A stretch of 64,000 nt of DNA from positions 20,819,190 through 20,883,189 of the forward strand of contig NC_085846.1 of NCBI RefSeq assembly GCF_035594765.1, in the 5' to 3' direction. How positions within the stretch are numbered: position 1 is the first letter of the stretch; each line of letters starts with the position of its first letter. The notes below the pieces were generated by a model that saw only the letters and a list, made by a program, of their open reading frames with translations, was not told where the DNA came from and searched no databases. Positions 11,936-25,042 of this stretch are shown piece after piece. The stretch is from Anolis carolinensis. Its lineage: Eukaryota. A program made the position numbers and the translations under genes.

Positions 11936-12430
11936 GCCATTTTCAGCCATCCCTGGATTGAAGCCTCTTAATGAATGAGATCTTGTGGGCCAACATCTCA
12001 CAAGATTCTATAAACTGAGAAATGTGGGCCAATCATTCTTCAGCTAGAAGCAGAGAAAGGAGGCTGTACTGCCAGAGGACAAACAGTGCTTTTGAGCAAT
12101 GGCCTGCCCAAGCACAAATCTATCAAGGAGGCCAGTATAAGGCAGAGACCTTGAATGGAAAAATATGTGGGGCAGCAACCCAGTCTGGTCAATTTAGAAC
12201 ATTTTGGACAGTGGTGTAGAATAAGAATAGAATGGGAATACTTGGCAATCATGCTTTTGACCCTATTTTCAAAGACATATATTTCAATAGTTTTTCTTTC
12301 TCAAGTCCTGAGAGTAGAGACACATTGAGAAGAATCTGAATGGATCTTGTGTGCAGGAGTCTAGAAGCCTGTGCAGGTTGTAAAGCTTATGTGGAAAAAG
12401 CTTGAGAGACTCTGAAATAATATAGCATGG

Positions 12431-12564
12431 CAATGATTTCCAAACTCATCCTCCAGGTATTTTGAACTTCCACTCCCAGAAGCTCCAGGTGCCTTGGCCC
12501 ATGATCAGGGAATTGGAGAGTTGAAGTCCAGCAAACCTGGAAGACCAGAGTCTGGAAAACATTG
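12431..12564. mobile_element. Degenerate palindromic hAT-like MITE
   Basis: CAATGATTTCCAAACTC...GAGTCTGGAAAACATTG ends with internal self-complementarity; no clear TSD. Confidence 0.5.
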
Positions 12565-13844
12565 TAATAGTGTACAAGGATTATCTGGACATTTCTTTCT
12601 TCTCATGCCATTTTGGTTTAGCATGGCTTGTTTGGTTTTGTCAGACATTCAACAGACAGATTGCTATTGTCTCTTTTTAGGGGATAAATTGTTTTTGTCT
12701 AAAATTTAAAAATCCCCAAAAATCCATTGATGTGTGAATCTTTCTGAAACTTCTGGAGATTGATGTCCTGGTTATCTTGTGCAATGTATATAAATTTCAA
12801 GTATATAAATATTGTATTTTTTAAAAAAAAATGTTTGTAAAAAATTCAAAAATTTCCCTAAAATTAGTTGATGAATGTCATGTTCTAAAATTTGGTGGGC
12901 TAACCGTGGAAATGTGTGGTACAATTAATGTAGCAAGTTTCATCATGATAGCTCTAAAAAGGGAGAAATGAGCCGCCAAAGTTTCCCTGCTTACCCAATT
13001 ACTATAATGAAAAAATAATGAATTTTCATCACTCTTATTATAATATAACAAATATTTTACCAACCATACTTTAGAAACACTTTAGAAATGAAATGCCAAC
13101 ACCTCCCAGTTTTGTAACTACTTTTGAAACATTTTTTATTGATCGTATATGCCTAGTGAGAAGGAATGACAGCTGATATGTGTGACAATAGTAATGAATG
13201 AATGAAATAATTATAATTTTTCAAACTTTTGGGGCAGCTGTAGACTTTGTAGAGACATTCTGAATTCCTCCCCCCCCCCTTTCTACGTTCTTGGCCATTC
13301 TCTAATTAATCATCAAATAAATATTTAAACTGAAGGCAACAAGTATTGCAGTGAAATTGAATAATTTGTGAACAGTAAGATATACAATGACAACAGTTTT
13401 AAACCACTGTAAAGTGTCACCAAGGCTAATTACTTTTAAAAATAACTTTGTACACTTTAATTGATGCCCAATGATACATATGCATATATAACTGATGCTA
13501 TCAACTCTGAGAGTGATGGAAGTGTTATCTCACTGGGACTTTCTTTTTTGAGGGATCATAAGTCTGGATGAGCCAGGTTGCTACTTTCAAAAATGACATG
13601 CCAAATTGGCATAAAGGAAAAGTCAATTGAAAACATGACAAACTAAATTGTTATCTGCACCTCTTGCTCAAGAGGTGCAGAGTGAAAAAGTGAAAGTGAA
13701 AAAGTGAAAAAGAACTGAGTTTTTTTTCCATTTTTTAAACATGGACTCTTTCTTTCACATTATCTGTTACATACATCTTGAATGCATTTATTTTCCTTAA
13801 ATGGAAATAATTGGGAAATAATACACTGTGTGTATTCCTTGGTA

Positions 13845-14150
13845 CAGTAGAGTCTCGCTTATCCAACGTAAACGGGCCAGCAGAATGTTGGATAAGCGAA
13901 TATGTTGGATAATAAGGAGAGATTAAGGAAAAGCCTATTAAACATCAAATTATGTTATGATTTTACAAATTAAGCACCAAAACATCATGTTATACAACAA
14001 ATTTGACAAAAAAAGTAGTTCAATACACAGTAATGCTATGTAGTAATTACTGTATTTACAAATTTAGCACCAAAATATCACAATGTATTGAAAACATTGA
14101 CTACAAAAATGCGTTGGATAAGCGAGTGTTGGATAAGTGAGACTCTACTG
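13845..14150. mobile_element. Tigger-like (Tc1/mariner superfamily) MITE
   Basis: 23-bp TIRs CAGTAGAGTCTCGCTTATCCAAC / GTTGGATAAGTGAGACTCTACTG (1 mismatch), TA TSD. Confidence 0.9.
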
Positions 14151-14303
14151 TATTATCAAAAAAAAAACAACCCCTAATAAACCCAAATTAAAACAGCAAG
14201 GATATGAGTCTCTATGCTCTTAGCTGGATGTAAGTCTCATAGAAATCAGTAGAACTTACTTCTGAGCAGAAAGATATGAGATTGCACCATTGGAAGTTAT
14301 TTT

Positions 14304-15236
14304 TCAGAGGGCAAACCCTTTCCTTCCAAATTGCCTTTTTAAAGCCTCTTTCACCTCCTTATTCCTTAAACTATAGATTAGGGGATTTAGCATTGGGATG
14401 ACAATTGTATAAAACACTGACATTACTTTCCCTTGATTGGGGGATGACATGCCCCCAGGTTGTGCATACATAAAGAAAACTGTCCCAAAGAATAAGCTAA
14501 CTGCCATCAAATGGGAGGTACAGGTTGAGAAGGCTTTATATCTTCCTTTGACAGAAGGCATATGTAAAATAGTAGTCACAATGTAAGCGTAAGACACTAC
14601 AACAATTACAGCTGTGGTGACAATGATAAATCCACATAACACTAGGAGCACCAGTTCATTCACAAATGTATCTGAGCAGGAGGCCTTCATCACAGCTGGT
14701 ACATCACAGAAGAAGTGATTTATTTTGGTTGGCTCACAAAATGACAAACTAAATGTGAACCCCGTTTGGGTACAACAATTGACAAAACCAAAAAGATAAG
14801 AGACACCCATGAGACAAATGCATATTTTCTTCGACATAATGGTGTGGTAGAGCAGTGGGCTACAAATGGCAGTGAACCGGTCATATGCCATTACAGCCAA
14901 GAAAAATGCTTCTGTGGTTCCAAAAAGAGAAAAGAAGAACATTTGTGTGGCACATCCCTTGTAAGAAATGAGTTTGCTCCCACTTGCCAAGGTAACCATG
15001 GCCTTGGGCGTGATGACTGAAGAGTAGCAAATATCCAAGAAAGAAAGGTTTTTCAGGAAAAAGTACATAGGGGTATGGAGGTGGGAGTCAACACTGGTAA
15101 TTATGATCATGCCAGCATTTCCCATAAAAGTGATAATATACATCACCAAAAAGAGGATTAAAAGAACTAGCTGTATGTTAGCTTCATCCTCAAATCCCTC
15201 CAAGACAAATTCAGTGACCTCAGTATGGTTTTCCAT
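14304..15236 (-). CDS. Olfactory receptor (class II, OR5-like), 310 aa [OR-B]
   Basis: NHT sequon, [40 protein letters not shown]. Confidence 0.96.
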   Translation of the reverse strand: MENHTEVTEFVLEGFEDEANIQLVLLILFLVMYIITFMGNAGMIIITSVDSHLHTPMYFFLKNLSFLDICYSSVITPKAMVTLASGSKLISYKGCATQMFFFSLFGTTEAFFLAVMAYDRFTAICSPLLYHTIMSKKICICLMGVSYLFGFVNCCTQTGFTFSLSFCEPTKINHFFCDVPAVMKASCSDTFVNELVLLVLCGFIIVTTAVIVVVSYAYIVTTILHMPSVKGRYKAFSTCTSHLMAVSLFFGTVFFMYAQPGGMSSPNQGKVMSVFYTIVIPMLNPLIYSLRNKEVKEALKRQFGRKGFAL

Positions 15237-17192
15237 GGAGTTGTTATGAAAAGTTTAAAAGCCAGGAAAAAGGATTTTCTATCAATATTCTTGGAAATGC
15301 TGGGTGTGCATTCTTGGGAAGTCAGTTCTGAAAGTGATTGCATACCAGAACCTGAGAAGATAACTATGATAACCAGCATGCTAGTACTACCATGTTTGAG
15401 ATATTATATCACCAGAAGTCTGAAAGAAAGAAAAATTAGAAATTAGAGATAAATAAGTTAGCAAAGGAACAAAACAATATTCATAATTGACATTACTGAG
15501 ATACTTAAGAATCTTAAAACTTATGCAAAAAGATTCACCCAATCACACTCCGCCCTTATCTGGTATAACATTTGGTCCTACAGAAAGCAGTTGAACCCTA
15601 ATGAGTTAATTCTGTTGCTGAAAGCTGTGCTTGTGAATAAAGTTAATAAAAAGCTTCATATTTTAAGGGTGCTGTTCTGGGTGTCCTAGATAACGAACAA
15701 ACAGCCTGCTACTAATAGCTTACTAAAAGAAGGAAACAGAATGGAAAAAAAATATTATTTTCAAAAAACCCAATAAACATTGTCAGATGTAAACAAGTGA
15801 TGGCAGCAAAGGAAAACCACAAAGAAATAGGTTTAAAGCATTTGTTTCCAAGAGGAGAGGGCAGAACTGAATTCTAATCATGGCTGGAAAGATATTTCAC
15901 AGTACTCAACATCTGGTGGAAACAATATTTTTTTTCTCCTATCTGGAACTTGTGAGAAAATGCACATCTAATTTTCACATTTGCAAGGCAGTTTCTGAGA
16001 AATGAAGTATGAACCAAGGAATGTGCATATTTAAAAGTACTGTTTATAATAAAATGTGCTGAATTTAAAGGGAACGAGACCCCCGGTTTAGATAATACAG
16101 GAACGTTGAGTAAATTAGATAAACTGTGCAAATGAATAGAGCACTTATGAAAAAATATATGAAGAAGTCCAAGTGTGGGAGGAAAATTCAAAGTACCATA
16201 ACATGATATACAAAAAGGATAAGAAGAAAGTGCAGGTAGAATGCAGAGAAAAACAACAAAATCAATTCTGAGATATTTTTCCATAAGCAAGCAAGCAAAG
16301 ATTTGATAAATAAAGAAGTATCACTGGAATAAAGGAATGGAAGAACAAGAGATTGCATGAGAAAGATAGAGAGGATCAATGGCTTGTACTGAGTTGAATG
16401 GCAATCTATTTTTGAGTGCTGATGTGTAATATTCAAATGGCTATATGTTAATAAATCATTACAATTTTTAAAAATGCAAGAAAAGAATGAAATGCAAGAT
16501 AACCCATTACATCTCCAGATCTCTAGATATGTTAATCTGTTTCAGTAAAAAGTAGAATATTATGACACTTTAAGAAGAATAAACACATTTTGTTTTATAC
16601 TTTCATAATCTAAAGTCTTTGGTACTCCAATGTCTTCTCTCAAACTTATCAATCTATAGAAGGCAGAACTGTCCAGTAGAGTTGTTTATTCCACCTTTAG
16701 GCATGCATAGTAGCTTTTAGTCTAAATTTTAAATAAATAACTCAAGATGCTGAAACCTATCTTCAGAATAGGATAAGTATCTTGGATAATGCTCATAATG
16801 GACAACCACCACTTACAATGTGACTAGTTTGCTTGGCAGGATATACATATGCATCTGGAATGGCAAATAAGGCTTTGATGGGGTGTTTCTGCATGGCCCT
16901 TGTAATCTCTGCCAACTCTAGGTCTTCCAATAAATCTCAGTATGTATACATTTGTGATCAAGTTTTTTGGATTTGATTTAATATAATACATTTGACCAAA
17001 AAAAAGACATGCAAGCCTGATCTTTAAGACATCTATAGCAGATGTAGCTTACCTATACAGACACTGGTATATCATAACTCCCATCATCTAGAACTAATGT
17101 ACAAGCTGGAAAGGTCTGATGGGAGTTGGTCCAAGAGTATTTTGAGGGCTAAGGAAACTTCACCTCTCCAATTACTGCTGGAAGGATGGTAG

Positions 17193-17455
17193 TTCATAGA
17201 CTCAACGAGTTGGAAGACCCCCACAGTCCAAGCCCATTCTGCCATGCAGGAACACACAAAGCACTCTAGATAGATGACCATCTAATGTTGAAAAGCCTCA
17301 CTACACTCCAAGGCAGCATATTCCACTGCTGAGCAGTTTTTACTTTAAGGAAGTTCTTCTTGATATTTAAGTTGAAATTCTTTTTCTGCAGTTTGAATCA
17401 ATTGCTCTTTGTCTTAATCCTTGAAGTAACAGAAAACAAGCTTGCTCACTCTTCA
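17193..17455 (-). mobile_element. CR1 LINE 3' fragment, degenerate
   Basis: TTCATAGACTCAACGAGTTGGAAGACC...AGTCCAAGCCC; similar to 11757-11935. Confidence 0.6.
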
Positions 17456-17792
17456 ATATTATGGTGATTTGAGTAACTGCAACTTAGTGATTTGCTACCC
17501 AATGTTTTTTATGAATATCTTTAAAATGAGGCAAATATTCAAGGTTTTTCAGCCCAGTCTAACATTACAATAAGGTATCCTTAGCCTATGCTGTCCTCAG
17601 CCCCCAAACCGTTCTTAACCAATTTGAACTAATTTCCTCAGTATGAAAATAACTTTTCAAGAGCTAGAGCCTTCTGTCCTATTTAGAAGAGTAATATTGT
17701 GCTTACCTCCAGCTTCTATTTAGAAGAATTGGGACAGAACTAGATGGGAAGTATTCTATTTCTCTCCTCCTATCCTCTCAAGACAAAGATTT

Positions 17793-18561
17793 TGTGCTTA
17801 GCCTAGGAAACAAGTGGCTCATTGTGTTTTCCTTTCTGTGTTCAACTTTATTGAATTTGTAAATAGCTTTAGACCTCTTGAGGGATAGCTGCAGTCTAGC
17901 TCGGTCTCTTGAGTGTTGTACAATTTCAAGATGCAATAGTTTCCAGCGGGACTACTTTCCATGACCATTTTATTTTGTCAAATTAAAATATATAACGTGT
18001 CTGAAATTCTTTTAAAACAATAGTTAAGTACATTTTAATACTATGGTCTAATTTAGTAGTCTCTTTAAATGCCCAAAACTCTAAATCTGCTACTTACTAG
18101 TGAAATTGAGCATTTTGAGGCAGCTGCAGATAGTGAGATCTGGGCCGTGGATCGCTAAACCCACGGCACAGATACCAAGACCCATTAAGCTTATTACCAG
18201 TACTGGCCATGGGCTGCCTGTGGATCTGTGCCTGGATCCAAAGACAAAGAAGCTATAATCCAACATTCCCCAATCAAGACAACAGCTTGTGGTAAGCCGC
18301 AGAAAAAAACTGACATGTTTGGCACAAACAAAAGCATACATTTTTATACAGTGGAATCTTTTGTCTTTCCCGCGTGTGCCCAGCTGGAGCTGGCTTTGTG
18401 CTGACTGGTGGAGCCGGCCTTGGCGTCACTGCCAGCTGGGAGGATTCCCTCTCAGAGTCAGGACAGCGGCACCCGCCAGCCAATCAGAGAACATTCTCCA
18501 CTTCCAATGAAGATTCCAGCTCTCTAATGGGTAACCGGGCAGCAGAATGACCCGTAGGACA
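17793..18561 (-). mobile_element. Probable solo LTR
   Basis: Minus strand begins TGTCC and ends CACA. CCAAT box (~18480), TATAAAA (~18342-18348) and AATAAA (~17847-17852) occur in LTR order. No clean TSD. Confidence 0.55.
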
Positions 18562-20048
18562 AAAGAATGCAGAATGTTTAGAGATGATTACCATGTCCCA
18601 GCTTCAGTAATCCTCAACAAAGAGGGGCCATTTGGTCCCATGGATTCTATTGTCAAGAAAAATGGGTCACCAATCCTCAGTGAATGAGTCTAACACATCT
18701 GTCGTTAGTGTCCATTGAGTTCTAAACCAGAATATTGTCCAAGATTATAGGATCATGGAGTTCATTCCTGGGAAAAGGGAAATGGCATGGTGGATGACTA
18801 GGGCAGGACCTCCTGGTGTACTGAAGGAGTGCCAAGTGATGACTGTTCTCTTTGTGTCCAAGTAACTGCACAAAGGCCAGACAGCCCAGCTTATAGTTCC
18901 TGTCGTCCTCTGCACAGTCAGAGTTATAGGAATCAATATACATGGATTGATTCCAGTGATGGTGGTTTCTTGGATCCTATTGTTGTTGTGATGACCAGGA
19001 AGTACTGGTTGTGACTCCAAGGCCAAGATGTATTGGTGAAAGGTTACCTGAGGTGCCTTGATCACAAAAGTTTTATATGAAAATATGACATTATATATGC
19101 ACAAAGGGGTCTGTGGATATCGGGGGAACCCAATCACGGGAACTGGAGTATCTACAGGGGCAAGAGGTGGCAATGGGGGCAGGGAGGTTATATGTTGCAA
19201 GGAGAAGAAAGGGAGCCCTGCTATGAGGGCTGTGGGTGCTATGGGGCCTTGTGGTTACAGGGGCCAGCTGCAAGAAATGAAAGGGGGAGAGAAAGACACA
19301 GGAGGCAAATAAAATACAAAGAATCCAAGTAGAGGATAATGCACTGCAGTGCACATTTAATAAAGGGGTTACTTTATAATAAAAGGGGGAATAAAATATC
19401 CAGGACACTTGGTAGCTGTTGCTTATGTGGCAATGTCCACATAATCAAGGCTGTGGACTCCACTCTCTGTGGCTTTCTCTGCCATGGTTCCAATTACTTT
19501 TTATTAATAATCTGACCATGGGAGGGGGGTTGCACTCAACCTCAATAGCAATAAAGTGTTATGAATGAATAAAATCTATGTAACTGTTTCATATTCATAA
19601 TTGTTACTTATTTTGACACTATTTCCATAATTGTAACTTCCACCCCCAAATTTACTTTACTTTACTAGACATCAACTGCATGGGAAGAAGAAGGTGTATT
19701 CTGCCAGTGACCTGAGAATGGGTAGAACAACTGACTCCAATGCACTGGTCTGCTGTCCACATAGGTCAGTGCCACCATCATTGCAGCTGATGGGTTTAGA
19801 GCCCCAGGACAGATGAGGTCCAAGGTACAGGAGACCTCCAGAGTTTCAGTGAAACTCCCTGTGTTAAGGACTAGAAGTCCCTGGATGCAATATCAACATC
19901 CAAGAGTAACTTCTGTTCCACTTGGGTTTTTTGGACTTGTGTACACAAAGCCCTACTTAAGTATGGCGATTGTAACTATGGAACCTCTCCTGGTCCACCC
20001 ACACTCCAAAAAGGCTTGGCGAAATATCAGAAATCCTTTGTCATAAAC

Positions 20049-20278
20049 CACTGTGGTCCATTCTACAGCCCATAGGCTGCATGTGGCCCACCAATTCATT
20101 TTTGTTGGCCCTTGCTCTTCTTACTGGAAAACTATTTTAATTTAACATTTGGAAAAAATTTGTTTACCCTTCTTACTGCTTTAAGTTTAAGGGGAAAAAA
20201 ATTGGAATGTCTCTGGCCCTCACATTCCTTTACTACAGTTTGATTGGCCCTCAGATAACTAAAGGTTGGACCACGCTG
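20049..20278. mobile_element. hAT MITE
   Basis: Imperfect TIRs CACTGTGGTCCA / TGGACCACGCTG. Perfect 8-bp TSD TCATAAAC at 20041-20048 and 20279-20286. Confidence 0.8.
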
Positions 20279-20392
20279 TCATAAACAATGGCCAGCTATG
20301 GATAGCTGCTGCTAAAGGGTTCTGATCCTACTTCAGAAAAAAATTAAATGGGGTGATGGATGTCTACCACTTCTAAACAGGTGCAAATAATA

Positions 20393-23002
20393 TGGTAAAG
20401 AATTCATTGCAAAACAACAACAATGACTGAGATATGGTGACCTATGCACTATTTAGCCTTCTAAAGGGAAGGAAAATGGCCACTGCTACAATTATATTAG
20501 ATATAGCCATTCTGGTAGATAGCCCACATGATTCTATCATTGGGCATACTTTTGAGATCCTTCTTATTTCATAGGCTAGGATACATATAACACTATTGCA
20601 TAATATAAGTCTCTGGATGAAGATTTTTTCATTAATCTTGCTATGTGACTTCTTTGTTAAATAGCAATAATACATATCCAAAACAAGCAATGAATGGGCA
20701 TTAGTATGCAATCAAATGTCCATATACCTCTATATAGCTGTGTGTCTTTGAGATGGCTCTGATTTATGGTAATCCTATCTTTGGATTTTGTTGGCCAGGT
20801 TTATTCAAAAGAGGTTGTCTATTGCCTTTCTCCTAGATTGACAGAATGTGATGTCCAATGCCACCCAGTGGCTCTGGAGGAATTTAAACCATGATCAATT
20901 CGGTATCCCAGGACCTCATCACATTGTCTTCAGAAAACATCCTAGGATGCTTAGGATGCTTCCTTGCCAAAGCCCATCTTACAATGCAAGGCTACTTCTG
21001 GTGGAGCTCCAAACAGGAAGTGTTCTGTTTAGAGAACACAGGAGACTTCCCATGTTCTCATTCGATAGAACGGGGGCAGTGTGGGGGAAAGCTGGAAGCA
21101 ATGCTTCCTTCCATGGGATGGGAAAGGGGGTGATGTGGGGCATGGAGCAATGGGTTTCCGACATTGCCCAATGAAGGCCCCCACTGTTCCCCAGCTTCAT
21201 GACCTCAATGTGATGAAGTCCCCAGTAAAGCAGCCAAAGCACTTCTGAGCATCCATGTGTGATGCTAAGATTAGAAAGCACTGCCATGCAAAATGGCACT
21301 ATATGTGCAATTCTACTTCTCCATCAGTCAGAAATAGCCAACCAGTTCTTCAGTGGAACTCATTAATAAATGTGACACTTTATCTGGATTATTTTGCATT
21401 GTATACCGGCATACAAAGTGCTAATATACTGAGGATTCTTAACAATTCAAAGTGTGTGTGGGGGGGGGGGGGAGGGGTCAGCTACTTTGAGTTTTATTTT
21501 CCATAACACATTTTCTTAAATAAAGAAAAAAAGTTGGGACAAACATTTTAAAACAAGAAAACATGGAAACTATCATCTACAAATTTAAGACAACTACATG
21601 TTCTTTAAACATTCACAACTCAGGCAGTACAATTGTAAAATGAAAGCCTTATCTAGAAGCATCACATTGAGTGGGAGAAGTTTCTCCTTCTTAGCAATCT
21701 CATCAAGGCATCTTTCACTTCCTTGTTCCTTAAACTGTATATTAATGGGTTCAGCATTGGAATTACAATGGTGTAAAAAATAGACACCACTTTGCCTTGG
21801 TTAGGAGAAGTGATGCTACCAGGTTGGCCATACATAAAGAAAGCTGTCCCAAAGAACAAACTTACAGCAATGACATGGGAAGAACATGTTGAGAAAACTT
21901 TGTGTTTTCCTTCGGTAGAAGGTATTTGAAGGACAGTGACCATAATATAGGCATAGGATATTAAGATAACTGAGAATGTTGTTACTACAATAGAACCACA
22001 CAGCACTAACAGCACAATTTCATTTACAAAAGTGTCAGAGCAAGAAGCCTTCATGACAGCTGGAACATCACAAAAGAATTGGTTGATCTCCACAGGTTGA
22101 CAGTAGAATAAGCTGAATGTTAAGCCCGCTTGTATGCTACAATTGAGGAAACCAAAGGAATATGAAATGGCCACCAAAAGTGCACAGATCTTCTTAGACA
22201 TCATTGAATGGTAAAGTAGCGGGTTGCAAATAGCAGTGAAACGATCATAGGCCATCCCAGCTAGGAGAAAAGCCTCAGTGGTCCCAAGAAGAGAGAAGAA
22301 GAACATTTGGGCTGCACATTTATTGCGGGAAATTGTCTTGTTCTGAGTTAAGAAGTTCAGCATGGCTTTGGGAGTGATGACAGATGAGTAGCAGGCATCT
22401 ATGAAGGACAAATTCTTCAAGAGGAAGTACATAGGAGTTTGAAGGTGAACATCAATTGAGGTGGTTATGATCATGCCAATGTTACCTATAAGAGTAATGA
22501 CATACATGATCAAAAAAAGAATGAAAAGAGCTATCTGCAGCTGTGGCTTACCCAGAAATCCCACCAAAATGAATTCAGTGATCTCGGATTGGTTTCTCAT
22601 GTTTCCTTTGCTACATGATGGAAAATAGGAAGAAGGGTGTTTCTCTCAAGGTTTTTCTGCCCTTGCATGGTTAGTTGCACCTTAAAAAGAAGAAAATCTC
22701 TTTTAGAAACACTGATTAAAATAAACTAAGGAACATCTTTGCATATGACTCATACCAGTGATGAAATAGATGGAATCAAATACTCCCTCTATTTGAGTGA
22801 ATCAAAAGAATCCAAATTTAAACAATGAAATATTAAAAAGTAGCAATATTCTTTCTAACATTCTGATCTCAGGTTATCACTAAAAGAAAAGCCCATACAG
22901 AATTTTCCTGTACTGTCATTGTTTCCATTGATTGTGAAAATTGTCTTTCTTTAAATGCCTTATTTGCCTTCTTTTGTTTGCCTCGGTCCACTGACCTGAA
23001 AT
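20393..23002. repeat. Segmental duplication copy A (contains intact OR-C)
   Basis: Colinear high similarity to 51682-53792, from TGGTAAAGAATTCATTGCAAAAC to CCACTGACCTGAAAT. Confidence 0.92.
21662..22600 (-). CDS. Olfactory receptor (class II, OR5-like), 312 aa [OR-C]
   Basis: NQS sequon, [40 protein letters not shown]. Close paralog of OR-B and OR-D. Confidence 0.96.
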   Translation of the reverse strand: MRNQSEITEFILVGFLGKPQLQIALFILFLIMYVITLIGNIGMIITTSIDVHLQTPMYFLLKNLSFIDACYSSVITPKAMLNFLTQNKTISRNKCAAQMFFFSLLGTTEAFLLAGMAYDRFTAICNPLLYHSMMSKKICALLVAISYSFGFLNCSIQAGLTFSLFYCQPVEINQFFCDVPAVMKASCSDTFVNEIVLLVLCGSIVVTTFSVILISYAYIMVTVLQIPSTEGKHKVFSTCSSHVIAVSLFFGTAFFMYGQPGSITSPNQGKVVSIFYTIVIPMLNPLIYSLRNKEVKDALMRLLRRRNFSHSM

Positions 23003-24580
23003 GCTAAATCCCGTATGACTTATGCATTGCATACACAGAACCTGAGATGCTAAATTTCGAAAAGGGTCAAAATGAAAAGGATTGTTGAGCAAATGCAACC
23101 CCCCCTGAAAAGAATTGAACAACTTAAATAAACTTGATGTATATGTGCAGTTCTTTCAAAGTATATACTGTGCCCATGTGCATTTAGCAACTTTTAAAGA
23201 TAAAAAACCAGGTGCTGATTCCAGGGATTCAGACCCAGGTTTGAATCCCTGGAATATAAATTATGGCAACTATTTTGGCTTTAAAAATGGAATAATAGTC
23301 TATTACTGATGAGAATTGAACGAAGACCTCCTCATTCAAGACAATATACTTCTAAATATTGACTCACAAACCAAAATTTATCAGAATTTAAGGGTTACTT
23401 AGAACCTTTAAGTGTGTGTCAGCATGCATTACAACCTAACATCCAAGTATTGGCTGAAATTATTTCCTTCCTGAGAAGTAAATTAAGTTGTAAAGATCTA
23501 GACTAGAAAAATGTAATGCTTCAGAATTCTTCCCTCTTCTGCCCTTCCAAAATGGGTATTGCATTCTGTTGGAAAATTTCTCACATTTCAGTTTCAGAAA
23601 TAAATGGAAAATCTTAACATTTTGGAGACTTTTTGGTGATGATTTTCACTCTTACCTTTGATGTAAATGGCCATAACAAGATTGTCTTGCCCTCTTCTAA
23701 GCATTTGTCAGTGGCACCATACATACTTATGAAAAACACCACATTCTCTTGGGTATTATAGAAGCAAGATACAATAACTCTAAAGAGACCAACTTTTTGT
23801 TGTGCTTTGCTTTACAAGATTAAAGCAAACCTGACTGATAAAGTCCTTCTCCCCCACCCACCACACACACACACACACACACCAATAGCAAAATGAAGAA
23901 GGCCAAGTTAATTGGGTTTTTTTTGTCCTGCTAAAACGACCAGGAATTAGTTACTTAATTAATTTAAACTATGTTTTTCAAGCAAGAAGGAAGAGGAGGA
24001 GGAAAATAACACTGCTGAAGCATAGAATTAAGAATCAAATCTTGATTGAAGCATAATTGTTTGTTCTTATATGTCTCCATGTTGCTTCCAGCTTATGGTA
24101 ACCCTAAGGTGAACCTATCATGGGGTTTCCTGGGTCTAAGAGTGTGTGACTTGCCTAAGGTCAATGAAAAAGTAATTAACCCCTGTTTATAAAGCAGCAT
24201 AATGAAATATGGATATAGCAACCAATCAGTCAATAGATCAGTTTATAGATAAATACTTTCCCCTGTCAGTTTAAGGGTAACAGAAGGAGACTGATGTAGT
24301 TTTCCTCTCAGCAGAGGACCTGGGAATAGCCATCAAGGAAAGGCCCGAAAGAGATCTAGGGACAACTAAAATTGAATGTAGCATGTATGCACTATCAATG
24401 ATAATGCAACTATAATGGAATAGCAGATTTGTGAGATAAAGTCCTCTAATAGGGATCTTCTTATGTGCCCTTCTCATTGATTTCAATTAATGGCAATCCT
24501 ATTATAGTGTTTAGTAAGGACCACAAATAACTCCTCTGCTGTTGGAATAGATGGGAGGAGTAGGGAAAAGAGGAGACAGG

Positions 24581-24714
24581 TAAGGTAAAGGTTTCCCCTG
24601 ACGTTAAGTCCAGTCATGTCTGACTCTGGGGGTTGGTGCTCATCTCCATTTCTAAGTCGAAGAGCCGGCATTGTCCGTAGACACCTCCAAGGTCATGTGG
24701 CCGGCATGACTGCA
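24581..24714 (-). mobile_element. Sauria SINE, 3' fragment
   Basis: Near-identical to the first ~130 bp of the full copy at 45484 (AAGGTAAAGGTTTCCCCTGA...). Confidence 0.85.
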
Positions 24715-25042
24715 GAGAAAGAAAAAATATGCATCTCATTGGGGTGCTTCTTTGGGCTTTGATTGTAGTGATGAACAACAGCATAGGCCAGTTAAACTGG
24801 CATGTAAAACTGCTATAGAATTCTGGAATTTGTAGTTTTGTGAGATATGTAACCTTCTCTATCAGAGACGTCTGCTGCCACAACAAACTACAAACTCCAA
24901 TTCTATAGCATTGAGCCATGGCAGTTAAAGTGATGTTAACTTAACTGCTATAATTCTGCAGTATGACTGCACCCTATGTCTTTCTTCCCCAACCTGCATA
25001 CTTTTCATCGGCTGCTTTTTAATATATATAAGTCAGAGTAAA

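Noticed and set aside
18722-19200. Harbinger transposase-like words (GFP, HS, PG..HD)
   Set aside because: Motif spacing is inconsistent and needs several frameshifts.
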